Source: a virus (Duplodnaviria > Caudoviricetes). Taken from it: a stretch of DNA of 64,000 nucleotides. A program made the position numbers and the translations under genes. The stretch lies in the IMG/VR virus record IMGVR_UViG_3300050507_000132, positions 15,197 to 79,196 of that record; one strand, written 5' to 3'. Of this stretch, positions 8,792-18,267 are shown piece after piece. The notes under the pieces were generated by a model. That model saw only the letters and a program-made list of their open reading frames with translations, was not told where the DNA came from and made no database searches. Numbering within the stretch: the stretch's first letter is position 1; the number at the start of each line of letters is the position of its first letter.

Positions 8792-9974
8792 CGCACAGGC
8801 GGCCGGAGACTTCCTCGCGGCCGGGTCGGGCAGCTACGGCGAGGCTGAGGCCGAGTACGGCCGGTGGGGCCGCTACAAGCTGCGTCATCCCAGCACCGGC
8901 AAGACGGTCGAGTGGACCCGTGCGACGACGTTCGCGAAGTCGATCAGCGACACGTTCACCCTGTCACAGTGGGGCAAGCGCAACGTTCTGCTCGGAGCGA
9001 CGAAGCGCAAGGACATCGTCGCCCTGGCGCACGGCAAGGACATCTCCAAGGACCGTGAGCAGCTCAACCAGTGGACCGAGGAACTCGAACAGGCGGCCGG
9101 AAGCAAGGTCGCGGCCAACCTCGGTACCGCCGTGCACAGCTTCACGGAGCGGGTGGACCGCAACTGGGACACCCGCTGGGATGTACTGCGCAACGACGTA
9201 CCCGAGGAGTTCCGGCCGCACGTGGAGGCGTACATCCTGCTGCTGGAGGAGATGGGCCTGGAGCCCGTTCCGCACATGATCGAATTCTCCACCGGAGTGC
9301 TTCAGTACGAGGTGATGGGCACGTCGGACAATTGCTACCGGTGCACCAAGCACCTCGAACTGGACATGCCCCGGGGCAAGGTCCGTCTGTCACCCGGCGA
9401 GCATGTGATCGGGGACAAGAAAACCGGCAAGGATCTTGACTACGGCTGGCAGGAGATCTGCATTCAGCTCGCCCTGTACGCGCAGGGAGTCAACACCCTG
9501 GGTCTGTTCGACTGGGGTACGAAGACGTGGGAGCCGGATCCGCTGAGCCGGTATGCCGAGCCGGGCACCAAGGTCCGCACTGACGTCGGCGTCATCCTGC
9601 ACCTGCCGGTGGATCCGCGCTCGACGAAGCACGCTGCCGTGCACGGCGTGGACCTGGAGTCGGGCTGGAACGCCACGGTGCTGTGTGAGCGCGTGCGCAC
9701 CTGGCGCAAGCTGCGGACGCTGAACGGTACCGTGGCCGTCGTGGACGCCGACCCGCTGGCGGAGGACCGCCGCACGGATGCGCCTGCTTCTGCGGTGGTC
9801 CGGCCGCCCACCCTGCGCGAACGGGCCGAACAGGTCACCTCCAAGCCGGAAGCGTCCGCCGTGTACCAGGCAGCCGTCGCCGCTCGGGTGCCGGTGGCGG
9901 AAGTCAAGGATCTGATCCGGATCATGCAGGAAAAGATCGCACAAGTGGCCGAACCAGGAGGCAGCAAGGTTTAG
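8781..9974 (+). CDS. PD-(D/E)XK (RecB/Cas4-like) exonuclease
   Basis: RATTFAK...GTAVH...IEF...GTSD...IGDKKTG...QLALYA; own RBS AGGAG before ATG 8781. Confidence 0.85.
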   Translation: MTTDAQAAGDFLAAGSGSYGEAEAEYGRWGRYKLRHPSTGKTVEWTRATTFAKSISDTFTLSQWGKRNVLLGATKRKDIVALAHGKDISKDREQLNQWTEELEQAAGSKVAANLGTAVHSFTERVDRNWDTRWDVLRNDVPEEFRPHVEAYILLLEEMGLEPVPHMIEFSTGVLQYEVMGTSDNCYRCTKHLELDMPRGKVRLSPGEHVIGDKKTGKDLDYGWQEICIQLALYAQGVNTLGLFDWGTKTWEPDPLSRYAEPGTKVRTDVGVILHLPVDPRSTKHAAVHGVDLESGWNATVLCERVRTWRKLRTLNGTVAVVDADPLAEDRRTDAPASAVVRPPTLRERAEQVTSKPEASAVYQAAVAARVPVAEVKDLIRIMQEKIAQVAEPGGSKV

Positions 9975-9998
9975 ATAAACCGCAGGTCCGGGTACGAT
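9968..9998 (+). promoter_or_regulatory. palindromic operator overlapping the -35 of the SSB promoter
   Basis: GGTTTAGATAAACC at 9968-9981; TTTAGA-17 nt-TACGAT. Confidence 0.65.
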
Positions 9999-10129
9999 TC
10001 AAGAGGTGCACCACCAAGGGGCGGGGACCGGGTGACCGGGCCCGGTAAACGTTCCGGGTCACGGTCTGACACCCGCCCCTCCACACAGGATCACAGGATC
10101 ACAGGCACACCGGAGCAAAGGACACACAG

Positions 10130-10726
10130 GTGACCACAGCACAGCAGGACCCGTTCAGCGCAGAATCTGCGGCAGCAGCCCAGTTCCTCGGAGGGAACCG
10201 GTCGATCGCCGCGAAGTTCCCCCGGGACGGGTTCAAGGTGGAGGGCACGGTCCTCTCCTTCCGCATGGAGCAGCGCACTGACATCGACAGTGGGGAGCCG
10301 CTCTTCTGGGAGGCCAAGAAGCCTACCGAGCAGAGCAAGCTGAAGTTCCCCTCCAGCGCCAGCCAGAAGAACGCGGTGATGCAGCTCATCGTGGAGCTGA
10401 AGGGCGAGCCCACGTTCGTCACGTGGGAGACCAACCGCTACATCGAAAAGAAGCTGGACGAGGACGACGGCGTCCGCATGCTGTACGTCAGCTCTCCCGA
10501 GCTCCAGAAGGCCATCGGCAAGGCCCTGACGGAGAAGAACCTCCGGGCACCTGAGGTCGGCGGCTACCTTGAGGTCATCAAGACGGGTGAAAAGCGCATC
10601 GAGGGCACCTCGTTCACGAAGTACCTGTACGCCGCGCGGTACACCCCGGCCGACCAGAACGACAAGGCGGCCGGTGACTTCCTGAGCCAGGAGGACGCCG
10701 CTCCGGCGGCCGACCCGTTCGCGTAG
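10130..10726 (+). CDS. ssDNA-binding protein-like
   Basis: AKF...VEGTV...QRTD...GEPLFW pattern, acidic tail ending DPFA; follows the exonuclease. Confidence 0.65.
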   Translation: MTTAQQDPFSAESAAAAQFLGGNRSIAAKFPRDGFKVEGTVLSFRMEQRTDIDSGEPLFWEAKKPTEQSKLKFPSSASQKNAVMQLIVELKGEPTFVTWETNRYIEKKLDEDDGVRMLYVSSPELQKAIGKALTEKNLRAPEVGGYLEVIKTGEKRIEGTSFTKYLYAARYTPADQNDKAAGDFLSQEDAAPAADPFA

Positions 10727-10733
10727 GACCCCA

Positions 10734-10780
10734 CAGAGAAGGGCCCCGCCGGATCGCTGTCCCGGCGGGGCCCTTCTCTG
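10734..10780. terminator. bidirectional terminator hairpin
   Basis: 19-bp perfect inverted repeat CAGAGAAGGGCCCCGCCGG/CCGGCGGGGCCCTTCTCTG between convergent genes. Confidence 0.85.
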
Positions 10781-10781
10781 T

Positions 10782-11465
10782 TCAGCCGCAGACGGCCCGG
10801 CCCTGTGCGGCACACGCACCGCACAGCACGGCGACACCCGGTGCGTGCTGCACCATCGCTCCCCTCATCACGATTCCGCACCCGGGCTGGTAACCTCCGA
10901 CCTCGGGCCAGACGATCTCGTGCCGCTTCTTTCCGGTGCCTGCCCAGCGCAGGGCCTGGAGCTGGTCCTTGGGCATACGCAGGCCTTCCGGCCGGTCCGC
11001 GTCCCACCGGGGCACGTACTCCCCGAGCCCGTACGCGAACCGGCCCGCGATGCGCAGCCAGTCGGCGTCGCACTCGTCGTCCGTGGGGTATTCGCGACCG
11101 AGCCTCTTGAACGCGGCGAGCGCCATGGCTGTCTTGTCGGCTCCCCCGTTGCCCGTGGCGAACTTCTTCAGCGTGCTCGGACTGAGGATCATGTACGGGA
11201 TCTTGCTGCGTTGCAGCTCCAGCCGGAGCGCGCCCTGGAGGTGGAGCAGGATTCGGCCCGCGTCGCCGAGCAGGCGCGTCGGCGCGTCCTCCATCACCAC
11301 CAGGTCCGCTCCGCAGGTCCGGGCCGCGAGCCCGATGTGGTCGGCGTAGTACTCCAGCCGGTTGTCGCCGATGACATGCTTCGGGGACGAGACGGTGAAC
11401 GTCGTTTGGTCCGGCAGGCCGATGCCGGTGCGTGTGATGCTCGGGTCCACTCCCATGATCCGCAT
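10782..11465 (-). CDS. ruvC: RuvC-like Holliday junction resolvase
   Basis: MRIMGVDPSITRTG, VVMED, PSTLKKFATGNGGADK, DDECDA. Confidence 0.88.
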   Translation of the reverse strand: MRIMGVDPSITRTGIGLPDQTTFTVSSPKHVIGDNRLEYYADHIGLAARTCGADLVVMEDAPTRLLGDAGRILLHLQGALRLELQRSKIPYMILSPSTLKKFATGNGGADKTAMALAAFKRLGREYPTDDECDADWLRIAGRFAYGLGEYVPRWDADRPEGLRMPKDQLQALRWAGTGKKRHEIVWPEVGGYQPGCGIVMRGAMVQHAPGVAVLCGACAAQGRAVCG

Positions 11466-11484
11466 TCCGTGTTCCTCCCTGGTC

Positions 11485-11498
11485 GGTTTAGATAAATC
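11485..11498. promoter_or_regulatory. palindromic operator between divergent ruvC and ParB-like genes
   Basis: GGTTTAGATAAATC. Confidence 0.7.
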
Positions 11499-11555
11499 AC
11501 TGATCCGGGTATACCCCGGTTGAGCACTGCCCATCCGACCAAGGAGGCATGGACC

Positions 11556-12401
11556 ATGAGCATTCCCGGAGAGGTGCAGGGACGACGGTTCGAGGTGACC
11601 GAACTCCCGGCCAGCCTGCTGGAGATCGACCCCGGCGTGCAGCGGATGCTGAACACGAACCGCGTCCGCAAGCTGGCCGACAGTTTCGACGAGTCCGCGC
11701 TGGGGGTCTTCACCGTGAGCGCGCGGACCAGCTCCACCGCCGACCCCGGCCAGAAGACCCGTTACGTCGTGCTCGACGGCCAGACCCGGCTCGCAGCCCT
11801 GCGCCGGTTCACCGGTACGGATGACACCACTCTGCCGGTGGTGTGCCAGGTCTATCACGGCCTGACACGTCAGGAGGAGGCGGAGATCTTCCTCAGCCAC
11901 AACGACCGTGCGGCGGTCCGGACCCTGGACAAGTTCCGCCTGGCCGTCGTCGCGCAGGAGCCGTGGGCCCTGACCTTGAACGATCTGATCACTCAGCACG
12001 GCTTCGAGATCGGACGGGGAGCCCGGCCTGATCGCCGGTTCACCGCTGTGTCGTCCGCACGCAGGATCATGAACCTGTCCGACGGCCAGGACGCCCTCAA
12101 CCGTGCGATGGACCTATTGGTCCGTGCCTGGGGGCACCGCCGGAACGTTCTGTCGGCCGAGGCGGTCGAGGGCGTGGGCCTGCTCTACCAGCGTCACGGT
12201 GACGCCGTGGACACGGTGAACTTCGCGCGCAAGCTGGCCGGAGCGGACACTCCGCAGACGTTCAAGGCGGGAGTCCTGGCGCTGTACAGCGCGGACAGCG
12301 TCGCCCGGACCGAGGCCGCGTACCGCTACACGATCCGGCTGTACAACCATGGCCGCAAGTCCGCGAAGTACAAGCTGCCGGTCCGTGGAACCCGGTCATG
12401 A
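11556..12401 (+). CDS. ParB/Srx-like (DUF6551-type) protein
   Basis: LEIDPGVQR...VRKLA...VVLDGQTRLAAL...EEAEIF pattern. Confidence 0.7.
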   Translation: MSIPGEVQGRRFEVTELPASLLEIDPGVQRMLNTNRVRKLADSFDESALGVFTVSARTSSTADPGQKTRYVVLDGQTRLAALRRFTGTDDTTLPVVCQVYHGLTRQEEAEIFLSHNDRAAVRTLDKFRLAVVAQEPWALTLNDLITQHGFEIGRGARPDRRFTAVSSARRIMNLSDGQDALNRAMDLLVRAWGHRRNVLSAEAVEGVGLLYQRHGDAVDTVNFARKLAGADTPQTFKAGVLALYSADSVARTEAAYRYTIRLYNHGRKSAKYKLPVRGTRS

Positions 12402-12457
12402 ACGGCACTCTGGGTAACATCCCTTGCAGGGAGCATACGACCAAGGGAGTGCTGACC

Positions 12458-12925
12458 ATGACCGACGTATACGACGATCTGCCCTTCGAAGAGGACGCCG
12501 GAACCGTCGCCATCTGGAACATCGTGGACCGCAACGGCCGTCTGAACGTGCTGGACGCCATGTTCCTGGGCATGGGCTCCAGCTACCGGCCCGAACACAA
12601 GGGGCACCCCGAAACGGCCTTCGCTCCCCGGGGCGTGCACTGCTCGACCTGCCGCTGGACAGAGATCCGGCTCTTTCAGGACGTGGAGTCCAGCCGTCTC
12701 TACGTGGTCAAGTGCGGAGTGTCGAACGTTCCGGAAGAGCGTGACCTGATCGAGGTCAGCTCCGTGGCGACTGCGTTCGAACTCGTGGAGTCCCTCACCA
12801 CGACGGACCGGCGCTCGGGCCGTCCGATCCTGCCCATGCCGTCTCGCATGGCTCTGGCCCAGTCCGTGTCGTACAGCGACTCCCTGCGGGACGCGTACAT
12901 CAATTCCCCGGTGACCCGGTCATGA
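12458..12925 (+). CDS. hypothetical protein
   Basis: RBS motif CGACCAAGGGAG; CSTCRW. Confidence 0.6.
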   Translation: MTDVYDDLPFEEDAGTVAIWNIVDRNGRLNVLDAMFLGMGSSYRPEHKGHPETAFAPRGVHCSTCRWTEIRLFQDVESSRLYVVKCGVSNVPEERDLIEVSSVATAFELVESLTTTDRRSGRPILPMPSRMALAQSVSYSDSLRDAYINSPVTRS

Positions 12926-13017
12926 GCAGCCAGCAGCCTTCGTTCCTGTGGGGACGGCTGCTTCTCCTCACGGTGCTCGTGCTGATCATCGTGGCGGAAG
13001 TGAAGGGCCGTGGCTGA
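12922..13017 (+). CDS. small membrane peptide
   Basis: MSSQQPSFLWGRLLLLTVLVLIIVAEVKGRG; ATGA overlap. Confidence 0.4.
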   Translation: MSSQQPSFLWGRLLLLTVLVLIIVAEVKGRG

Positions 13018-13252
13018 GACATCCATCCGTCCCGCATGGCTGCCCGCGCACTTCGGCGGGCAGTCCGTGTGCCGGTGCCAGCAGTGCGGATCGGGCCCGG
13101 GTATCGACTACGAGTCGACCCGCATGGTTCTCGTCGCGGAGCGCCGGATCAGGCTGAAGTATCTGCTGACATGCAACGAGGACGATCTCAGCAGCGAAGA
13201 GCAGGATGAGCTGGACAACCTGTTGCACCTCTATCTGCACCGGGAAGCCTAG
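13010..13252 (+). CDS. hypothetical protein
   Basis: Operon packing; CRC..C motif. Confidence 0.5.
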   Translation: MAETSIRPAWLPAHFGGQSVCRCQQCGSGPGIDYESTRMVLVAERRIRLKYLLTCNEDDLSSEEQDELDNLLHLYLHREA

Positions 13253-13261
13253 AAAGGATCA

Positions 13262-14044
13262 ATGAACATGGTCAACATGATCAAAACGCCCATGGTTGAT
13301 CTTCAGAAGACCGCGAAACTCAGCCTGGCCAAACACGGTCTTGAGGCCGACGGACAGGGCGGCATCAAGGTGCGGCTGGTGCTGGACCACAGTGTCTCCA
13401 TGCAGCGCTGGTACGACGCCGGAGCCGTACAGAGGCTGACGGAACAGGTGCTGGGTCTCGCATCCGCCCTGGACGACGACGGCATGATCGAGGTCTGGTA
13501 CTTCGGCTCGAACGTGAGCGACGTACAGACGCTGAGCCTGCGCCCGACCGACCCCAGAGCGGCACAGGCCGGGACCCGGCGCCGGGGACTGTTCGGCCGA
13601 CGCGCCGGAGCACTCCCCCCGGCCGTGGACCCGTACTACGTCGGCTGGGTCGACAGGACGCACCCGGAGCAACCGTGGGGCTCGACGAACTACGTCGCCG
13701 CGATCAGCGAAGTGGTCGACTACCGCAAGGACCAGGGTGAGACGGAGCCCAGTCTGGTGATCTTCCAGACGGACGGCGGACCCAACAGCCGTCTGGCCGC
13801 GTCCCAGACCCTGAGGCGTGTCTCCGGAGATGACGTGTTCTTCGCGTTCGTGGGATTCGGTCCGAAGGGGTCCGGCGGCATGGACTACCTGGACCATCTC
13901 AACAACATTGGCGGCCGGGTCCGGGACAACGCCTCCGCGTTCATCTGCGGCGACCTGAACACATTCGCCTCCCTGCCGGACTCCGCCGTGTACGACGGTG
14001 TACTCAAGGAGTTCGTCGGCCAGTGGCTCCCGCAGGTGCTGTGA
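13262..14044 (+). CDS. vWA domain protein (TerF-like vWA)
   Basis: MIDAS-like VLDHSVSM, LDDDG, GSTNY, VIFQTDGGP, FAFVGFG, RVRDNA. Confidence 0.85.
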   Translation: MNMVNMIKTPMVDLQKTAKLSLAKHGLEADGQGGIKVRLVLDHSVSMQRWYDAGAVQRLTEQVLGLASALDDDGMIEVWYFGSNVSDVQTLSLRPTDPRAAQAGTRRRGLFGRRAGALPPAVDPYYVGWVDRTHPEQPWGSTNYVAAISEVVDYRKDQGETEPSLVIFQTDGGPNSRLAASQTLRRVSGDDVFFAFVGFGPKGSGGMDYLDHLNNIGGRVRDNASAFICGDLNTFASLPDSAVYDGVLKEFVGQWLPQVL

Positions 14045-14164
14045 TGGAACGCTGGCTGCTGCCCCTCGCCGCTTTGTTCCTGTCCGTCCTGCTCGTGGTC
14101 GCGTTCGTCCGGGGCTGGTGAGCTACCCTCCTCATCGGGACATCCCGACGATCGAGGACCACGG

Positions 14165-15070
14165 ATGAAGATCACATTTCGGACCCTCGCAGCTTCCATG
14201 GCTGCGGGGGTCCTTGCCATGCTGGGCGCGGCATCACCCGTCCCGGCGGCCGACACGTTCCCCTCGCAGGACGCCTGCCACGTTACGAACAACAATCTGC
14301 CGCAGGGCAACTGCGGAGCGTTCACGCAGGTGTACGCCGAGAACTTCAATGCGGTACAGGTTCCGGTGGGCGCGTTCAGTTCCTGCGCCGGGGACGGCGA
14401 CCACAAGTGCGAAGGCCTGCGCACGAAGTACCCCCGCTACTACACAACGCTCGGTGCGTACCCCAATGGATGGCCCGACACGGCCGCCTCGGGCGCCGAC
14501 GGCAACAACGGACCCGTACCCGGCTACTACCGGCCGCAGGACACCATGAGCGTGATCAAGCAGTCCAACGGCGACGGGCAGATGCGGGTGCGCATGTGGC
14601 GGCCGTCGACCGGCGGCGCCAACCACTCCTCCGCACCCGTCCCGCTGAAGTGCATGAACCTGCGGTACGGCAAGTTCACCGAACGTCTTGTCGTACGGAC
14701 GCGGACTCCCGGATACAAGATGGCGCACCTGCGCTACACACCGGACGAGGTCGACTACCCCGAGGCGGGCAGCGCGTTCGCGTCCGATCCGGTGATGGAG
14801 TTCACGCACGGATTCGCCGAATCGTCGGCCGTGGCGGCACCCTCAAGTGCGTGGACGTCGTGGCACACCTACTCCACGGAGATCACGCCGGGCCGCGTGC
14901 GTTTCTACTTCGACGGCCGCCTGTTCAAGACCGTCAACGCCGACTTCCCCGACCGGGCCGACTGGATCCTTCAGAACGAGAGCGCGCTGGGGAGCGTCAC
15001 CGGAGCGGCCCGGGGCTCCTCGGTCACGATCGATACAACGTGGCTCACGTGCTACCGCTGGAACGGGTGA
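14165..15070 (+). CDS. secreted GH16/ConA-like beta-sandwich protein
   Basis: Signal-peptide-like N-terminus; YGKF, DEVDYPE (resembling GH16 ExDxxE), WHTYSTEITPGRVRFYFDG. Confidence 0.6.
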   Translation: MKITFRTLAASMAAGVLAMLGAASPVPAADTFPSQDACHVTNNNLPQGNCGAFTQVYAENFNAVQVPVGAFSSCAGDGDHKCEGLRTKYPRYYTTLGAYPNGWPDTAASGADGNNGPVPGYYRPQDTMSVIKQSNGDGQMRVRMWRPSTGGANHSSAPVPLKCMNLRYGKFTERLVVRTRTPGYKMAHLRYTPDEVDYPEAGSAFASDPVMEFTHGFAESSAVAAPSSAWTSWHTYSTEITPGRVRFYFDGRLFKTVNADFPDRADWILQNESALGSVTGAARGSSVTIDTTWLTCYRWNG

Positions 15071-15432
15071 GGGTCGTGCCCCGTCACCGTCGGCGCCGGA
15101 TCGGCATGTGGGTCGGCCGGGAGACCTACCTCGATCTGTGGCGCCGGTACACCGAGCTGCTGGCCGCGTACCGCGCCCTGGAGGCCGATCATCAGGCGGT
15201 CCTGGAAGACCACGAAGGTCTGCTGTACGACATGGAGCAAACGCTTCAGGTTCCCGTCTCCCGGCCTGCGAGCCGGGCCGTACCCAGTTGGGCCAGGACC
15301 GAGGAGATGCCCGTCGTGGAGGCGCCTCAGTCCGGTCTGGACCCCTCGCAGACCGATGCCCTGATCCGCCGGGGTGACATGCTGCGATCCCCGAGCGGCC
15401 GTTGGAGGGTGGGAACCGATCAAAACGGGTAA
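15067..15432 (+). CDS. hypothetical coiled-coil protein
   Basis: GTGA overlap with the upstream gene. Confidence 0.5.
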   Translation: MRVVPRHRRRRIGMWVGRETYLDLWRRYTELLAAYRALEADHQAVLEDHEGLLYDMEQTLQVPVSRPASRAVPSWARTEEMPVVEAPQSGLDPSQTDALIRRGDMLRSPSGRWRVGTDQNG

Positions 15433-15479
15433 GAGCGATTAAGGTAAACCAGATACCGGACCAAGGAGGGAGGGCACTC

Positions 15480-15728
15480 ATGGATGCCCAGGAGATCAAG
15501 AGGCCGCGCGGCCGACCGCGTCCGGCGGAGACCGTCGAGAGAGACAGGCGCATCCTGGCGTACCTGGCCGACGGCGGCCCGAAGCGTCGCAATCAGATCG
15601 TGGACGATATGGGGCTGGACAAGTCGATCGTCTACCTTTCCCTCGCTCGTCTGCGCCGGAGGGACCTGGTGTGCACATGCTCCGGTACGGCCGGACCGAG
15701 AACCCTCTGGAGTGTGAAGGAGACGTGA
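15480..15728 (+). CDS. winged-helix DNA-binding protein
   Basis: RPRGRPR hook plus RRNQIVDDMGLDKSIVYLSLARLRRRDLV; RBS AAGGAGG. Confidence 0.75.
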   Translation: MDAQEIKRPRGRPRPAETVERDRRILAYLADGGPKRRNQIVDDMGLDKSIVYLSLARLRRRDLVCTCSGTAGPRTLWSVKET

Positions 15729-15732
15729 ACCA

Positions 15733-16104
15733 ATGTCCCTGACTCCCCGAGGCGAGCAGCACCTGACGCTGCGGGACATGGAGGGAAACGTCGTCTATCA
15801 GGGACCGGGCCGGATCGAGTTCGAATCCGTTCCGGTCCCTGAAGCTCACCGGCGGGTGGTCAACGGGCCGCTCTCCAGGGCCGCACAGTTCCGGCAGTAC
15901 GTGAACGCGGCGTGTGGGGACCTGGGTGCTGTCCAGGCCCTTCTGTGTGAAGGCCCCCGGCCGGAGCACGACGAACTGATCACGTCCACCCGGGCCGAGT
16001 TCCCCTACGACCCGTACGGCTATGGAGAGGCCTGTCCGGAAGGTCCTTCACGGTGGACTCCGCCGGAGGACCCCGACGAGAGGATCCCCTCGTGCCCCGC
16101 CTGA
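15733..16104 (+). CDS. hypothetical protein
   Basis: RBS AAGGAG; GC3-rich codons. Confidence 0.55.
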   Translation: MSLTPRGEQHLTLRDMEGNVVYQGPGRIEFESVPVPEAHRRVVNGPLSRAAQFRQYVNAACGDLGAVQALLCEGPRPEHDELITSTRAEFPYDPYGYGEACPEGPSRWTPPEDPDERIPSCPA

Positions 16105-16240
16105 GGACGACCGTGGACAAGGCTCTGCATCAGGTGTGGAGGGGCCGCCGCAAGGTGACGGCCCGGCAGTTCAACCAGGCTGTACGGGACACGGTTCTGT
16201 GCCGGTGCTGCTACATGGTGGAGGTGCCCCGGTGACCCGC

Positions 16241-16882
16241 ATGACCGTCGCGGTCTGCATCCCCACGATCCCCGGGCGGGAGGAGCTGCTGCAACGGGCC
16301 CTCCTCTCCGTGCACGCACAGCGCCGGAAGGCCGATCAGATCGTCATCGAGCGGGACAGCGAGCGCACGGGAGCGTGGGCCACGCGGAACCGTGCCCTTG
16401 AGCGTGTCACCACAGACGTGATTGCCTGGCTCGACGACGACGACACCCTCCGCCCCAACCATCTGATTGCCTGCATGCGGGTGATGGAGAACAGTCCGTC
16501 CCGGCCGGACCTGGTCTACCCCCGTCCCCGGATGATCGGCGGTCCGGATCCGACGGCCGTTACCCATCAGGGCCGGTTCCCGGTCAGTCCGTGGGGGATG
16601 CGGTTCATTCCGGAGTTCGCGGCGCACATCAGAGCGGTGGGGTCGTTCATTCCCATGACGCACCTCGTACGCACGGACGCGGTACGCCGGATCGGAGGCT
16701 TTAGGCCCGGCTACACCGTGAACGGAGGCCGCTACCGGGGCGAGGACGAGGACTATCTGATCCGTCTGCTGGACGACGGCGCGGCCCGGCGCCGTGCACC
16801 TCAGGACACGTTCGAGCACCTCGACGCCGTGACCTGGAACTGGCGGGTCCACTCCAGCCACACCGCAGGGAGGGGCGTATAG
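16241..16882 (+). CDS. glycosyltransferase family 2
   Basis: VCIPTIPGR, RNRAL, WLDDDD, EDEDY. Confidence 0.85.
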   Translation: MTVAVCIPTIPGREELLQRALLSVHAQRRKADQIVIERDSERTGAWATRNRALERVTTDVIAWLDDDDTLRPNHLIACMRVMENSPSRPDLVYPRPRMIGGPDPTAVTHQGRFPVSPWGMRFIPEFAAHIRAVGSFIPMTHLVRTDAVRRIGGFRPGYTVNGGRYRGEDEDYLIRLLDDGAARRRAPQDTFEHLDAVTWNWRVHSSHTAGRGV

Positions 16883-16908
16883 GCATACGGCCCTGGACAT
16901 AGACCGAC

Positions 16909-16939
16909 AGAACCCCGGACAGAGCATGTCCGGGGTTCT
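16909..16939 (+). terminator. terminator-like hairpin
   Basis: 12-bp stem AGAACCCCGGAC/GTCCGGGGTTCT after the GT gene. Confidence 0.7.
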
Positions 16940-16952
16940 TCTGTGTCCCGAT

Positions 16953-17072
16953 GAGACGCTGCAACGCAACGGCCCCGAGACGCTGCAACGCAACGGCCCC
17001 GAGACGCTGCAACGCAACAGCCCTGGGACGCTGCAACGCAACGGCCCCGAGACGCTGCAACGCAACGGCCCC
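16953..17072. repeat. five tandem 24-bp repeats (iteron- or clt-like)
   Basis: GAGACGCTGCAACGCAACGGCCCC x5; copies 3 and 4 have 1-2 mismatches. Confidence 0.95.
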
Positions 17073-17184
17073 GGACAGCTTGTGTCCCAGGGACTGTTTG
17101 ACGGGTGTCCCAGCAGGACATACCTTTGAGACACACTGATTTAGGAAAACCGACCAACGATCAAGGAAAGGCGGGGCAGGTATC

Positions 17185-18240
17185 ATGATCTCCAAGAAGA
17201 TCGCGGCTACGTCGGGTCTCGCTGTCCCGGCCGCGATGGCTCTGGGAATGTCGGCCGACACTTCCTACCGCTTCCTCGGAACCGCGCTGGGAATCACCCA
17301 CCCCCTGGAACGGGGCCTGCTCACCGGCACGGCTGAAGCAGCCGTCGTCGCTCTTGCCCTGTATACCTGGGCGACCGGGATGAAGGGTGCCGCCCGTCTG
17401 GCGTACGCGTGTGTTCTGGTCCAGTCCGTACCCGCGTTCAGGGTGTCGGGAGGAACCGGCGGCATGGTCCGTACGGCTCTCGGCCCGGTTCTCCTGGTGG
17501 TCCTTCTGCACCTCCTGCTCGGCCTTGAGCTGCGCTTGTCCAGGTCGGGCCCTGTGAGCCTGACAGGGGCCGCTCTGCGGGAGCTGAAGGAGCGTCTGAC
17601 TGCGTACCTGGGCATCGGGCGCAGGGGGCAGGATTCGGCTGCTATAGCCCGTTCCAGGGCTGCGGACAGGGCCGTCCGGCTGACGGCCAAGGTGGACCGT
17701 GCGAAGAACGGCGCCCGTAAGGACCGCCTGACCGCACGTCTGGCGGATGCCCTGGACAGGGCTCAGCACGGGCTCGATACAGCCGAAGCGATGACTGCGG
17801 AAGCCGTCATCGTGTCCCGGGTGGTCCGCCGCAAGTCTGCATCGGGTCTCGCCGGGATCGGGAACAGGCGCAACTGGGACGAACTGTACCGGGACGCGGA
17901 TCCCGTCTCTGGGACGCGTCCCGTTGCACCGGTCGTCCCTGAGACGCGTCCCGTTGCACCGGTCGTCCCTGAGACGCGTCCCGTTGCACCTGTGCGCAAC
18001 GCCCCGGCCGTCCCGAAGGAGCGTCCCGTTGCACCGGCCGTCTCTGAAACGCCGGTCAGTGAGACGCAGACGCTGCTCACCGTTGCGGAGGCGGCCGTCG
18101 TTGCGTCCCAGGTGCGCGGTGAGACGGTGACCCCCTCCACGATCCGCACCTGGAAGCACCGGGGGCGTCTCAGCCCCGCACTCGACGGAGACACGCTCTT
18201 CGAGCGGGACGCCGTCGTCTCAGCCGCAACGCGCAAGTGA
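17185..18240 (+). CDS. Spd/DUF2637-like membrane protein with C-terminal HTH
   Basis: N-terminal TM helices, internal ETRPVAPVVP repeats, C-terminal LLTVAEAA...STIRTWKHRGRL. Confidence 0.6.
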   Translation: MISKKIAATSGLAVPAAMALGMSADTSYRFLGTALGITHPLERGLLTGTAEAAVVALALYTWATGMKGAARLAYACVLVQSVPAFRVSGGTGGMVRTALGPVLLVVLLHLLLGLELRLSRSGPVSLTGAALRELKERLTAYLGIGRRGQDSAAIARSRAADRAVRLTAKVDRAKNGARKDRLTARLADALDRAQHGLDTAEAMTAEAVIVSRVVRRKSASGLAGIGNRRNWDELYRDADPVSGTRPVAPVVPETRPVAPVVPETRPVAPVRNAPAVPKERPVAPAVSETPVSETQTLLTVAEAAVVASQVRGETVTPSTIRTWKHRGRLSPALDGDTLFERDAVVSAATRK

Positions 18241-18267
18241 GACATCCAACCGAGAGGAACAACGACC

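Noticed and set aside
7002-9974. A single 990-aa protein as given in the ORF track
   Set aside because: Codon bias, a better -1 frame peptide and an internal RBS-led start at 8781 argue for two units; read-through remains possible.
8781-9974. CRISPR-associated Cas4
   Set aside because: The context is helicase/SSB/RuvC with no cas1/cas2 or array, which fits a phage recombination exonuclease.
16953-17072. 24-bp repeats as a CRISPR array, or the ORF 16926-17129 (ETLQRNGP repeats) as a gene
   Set aside because: The repeats are head-to-tail with no spacers and no cas genes are present; the ORF has no RBS and simply reads through the repeat.
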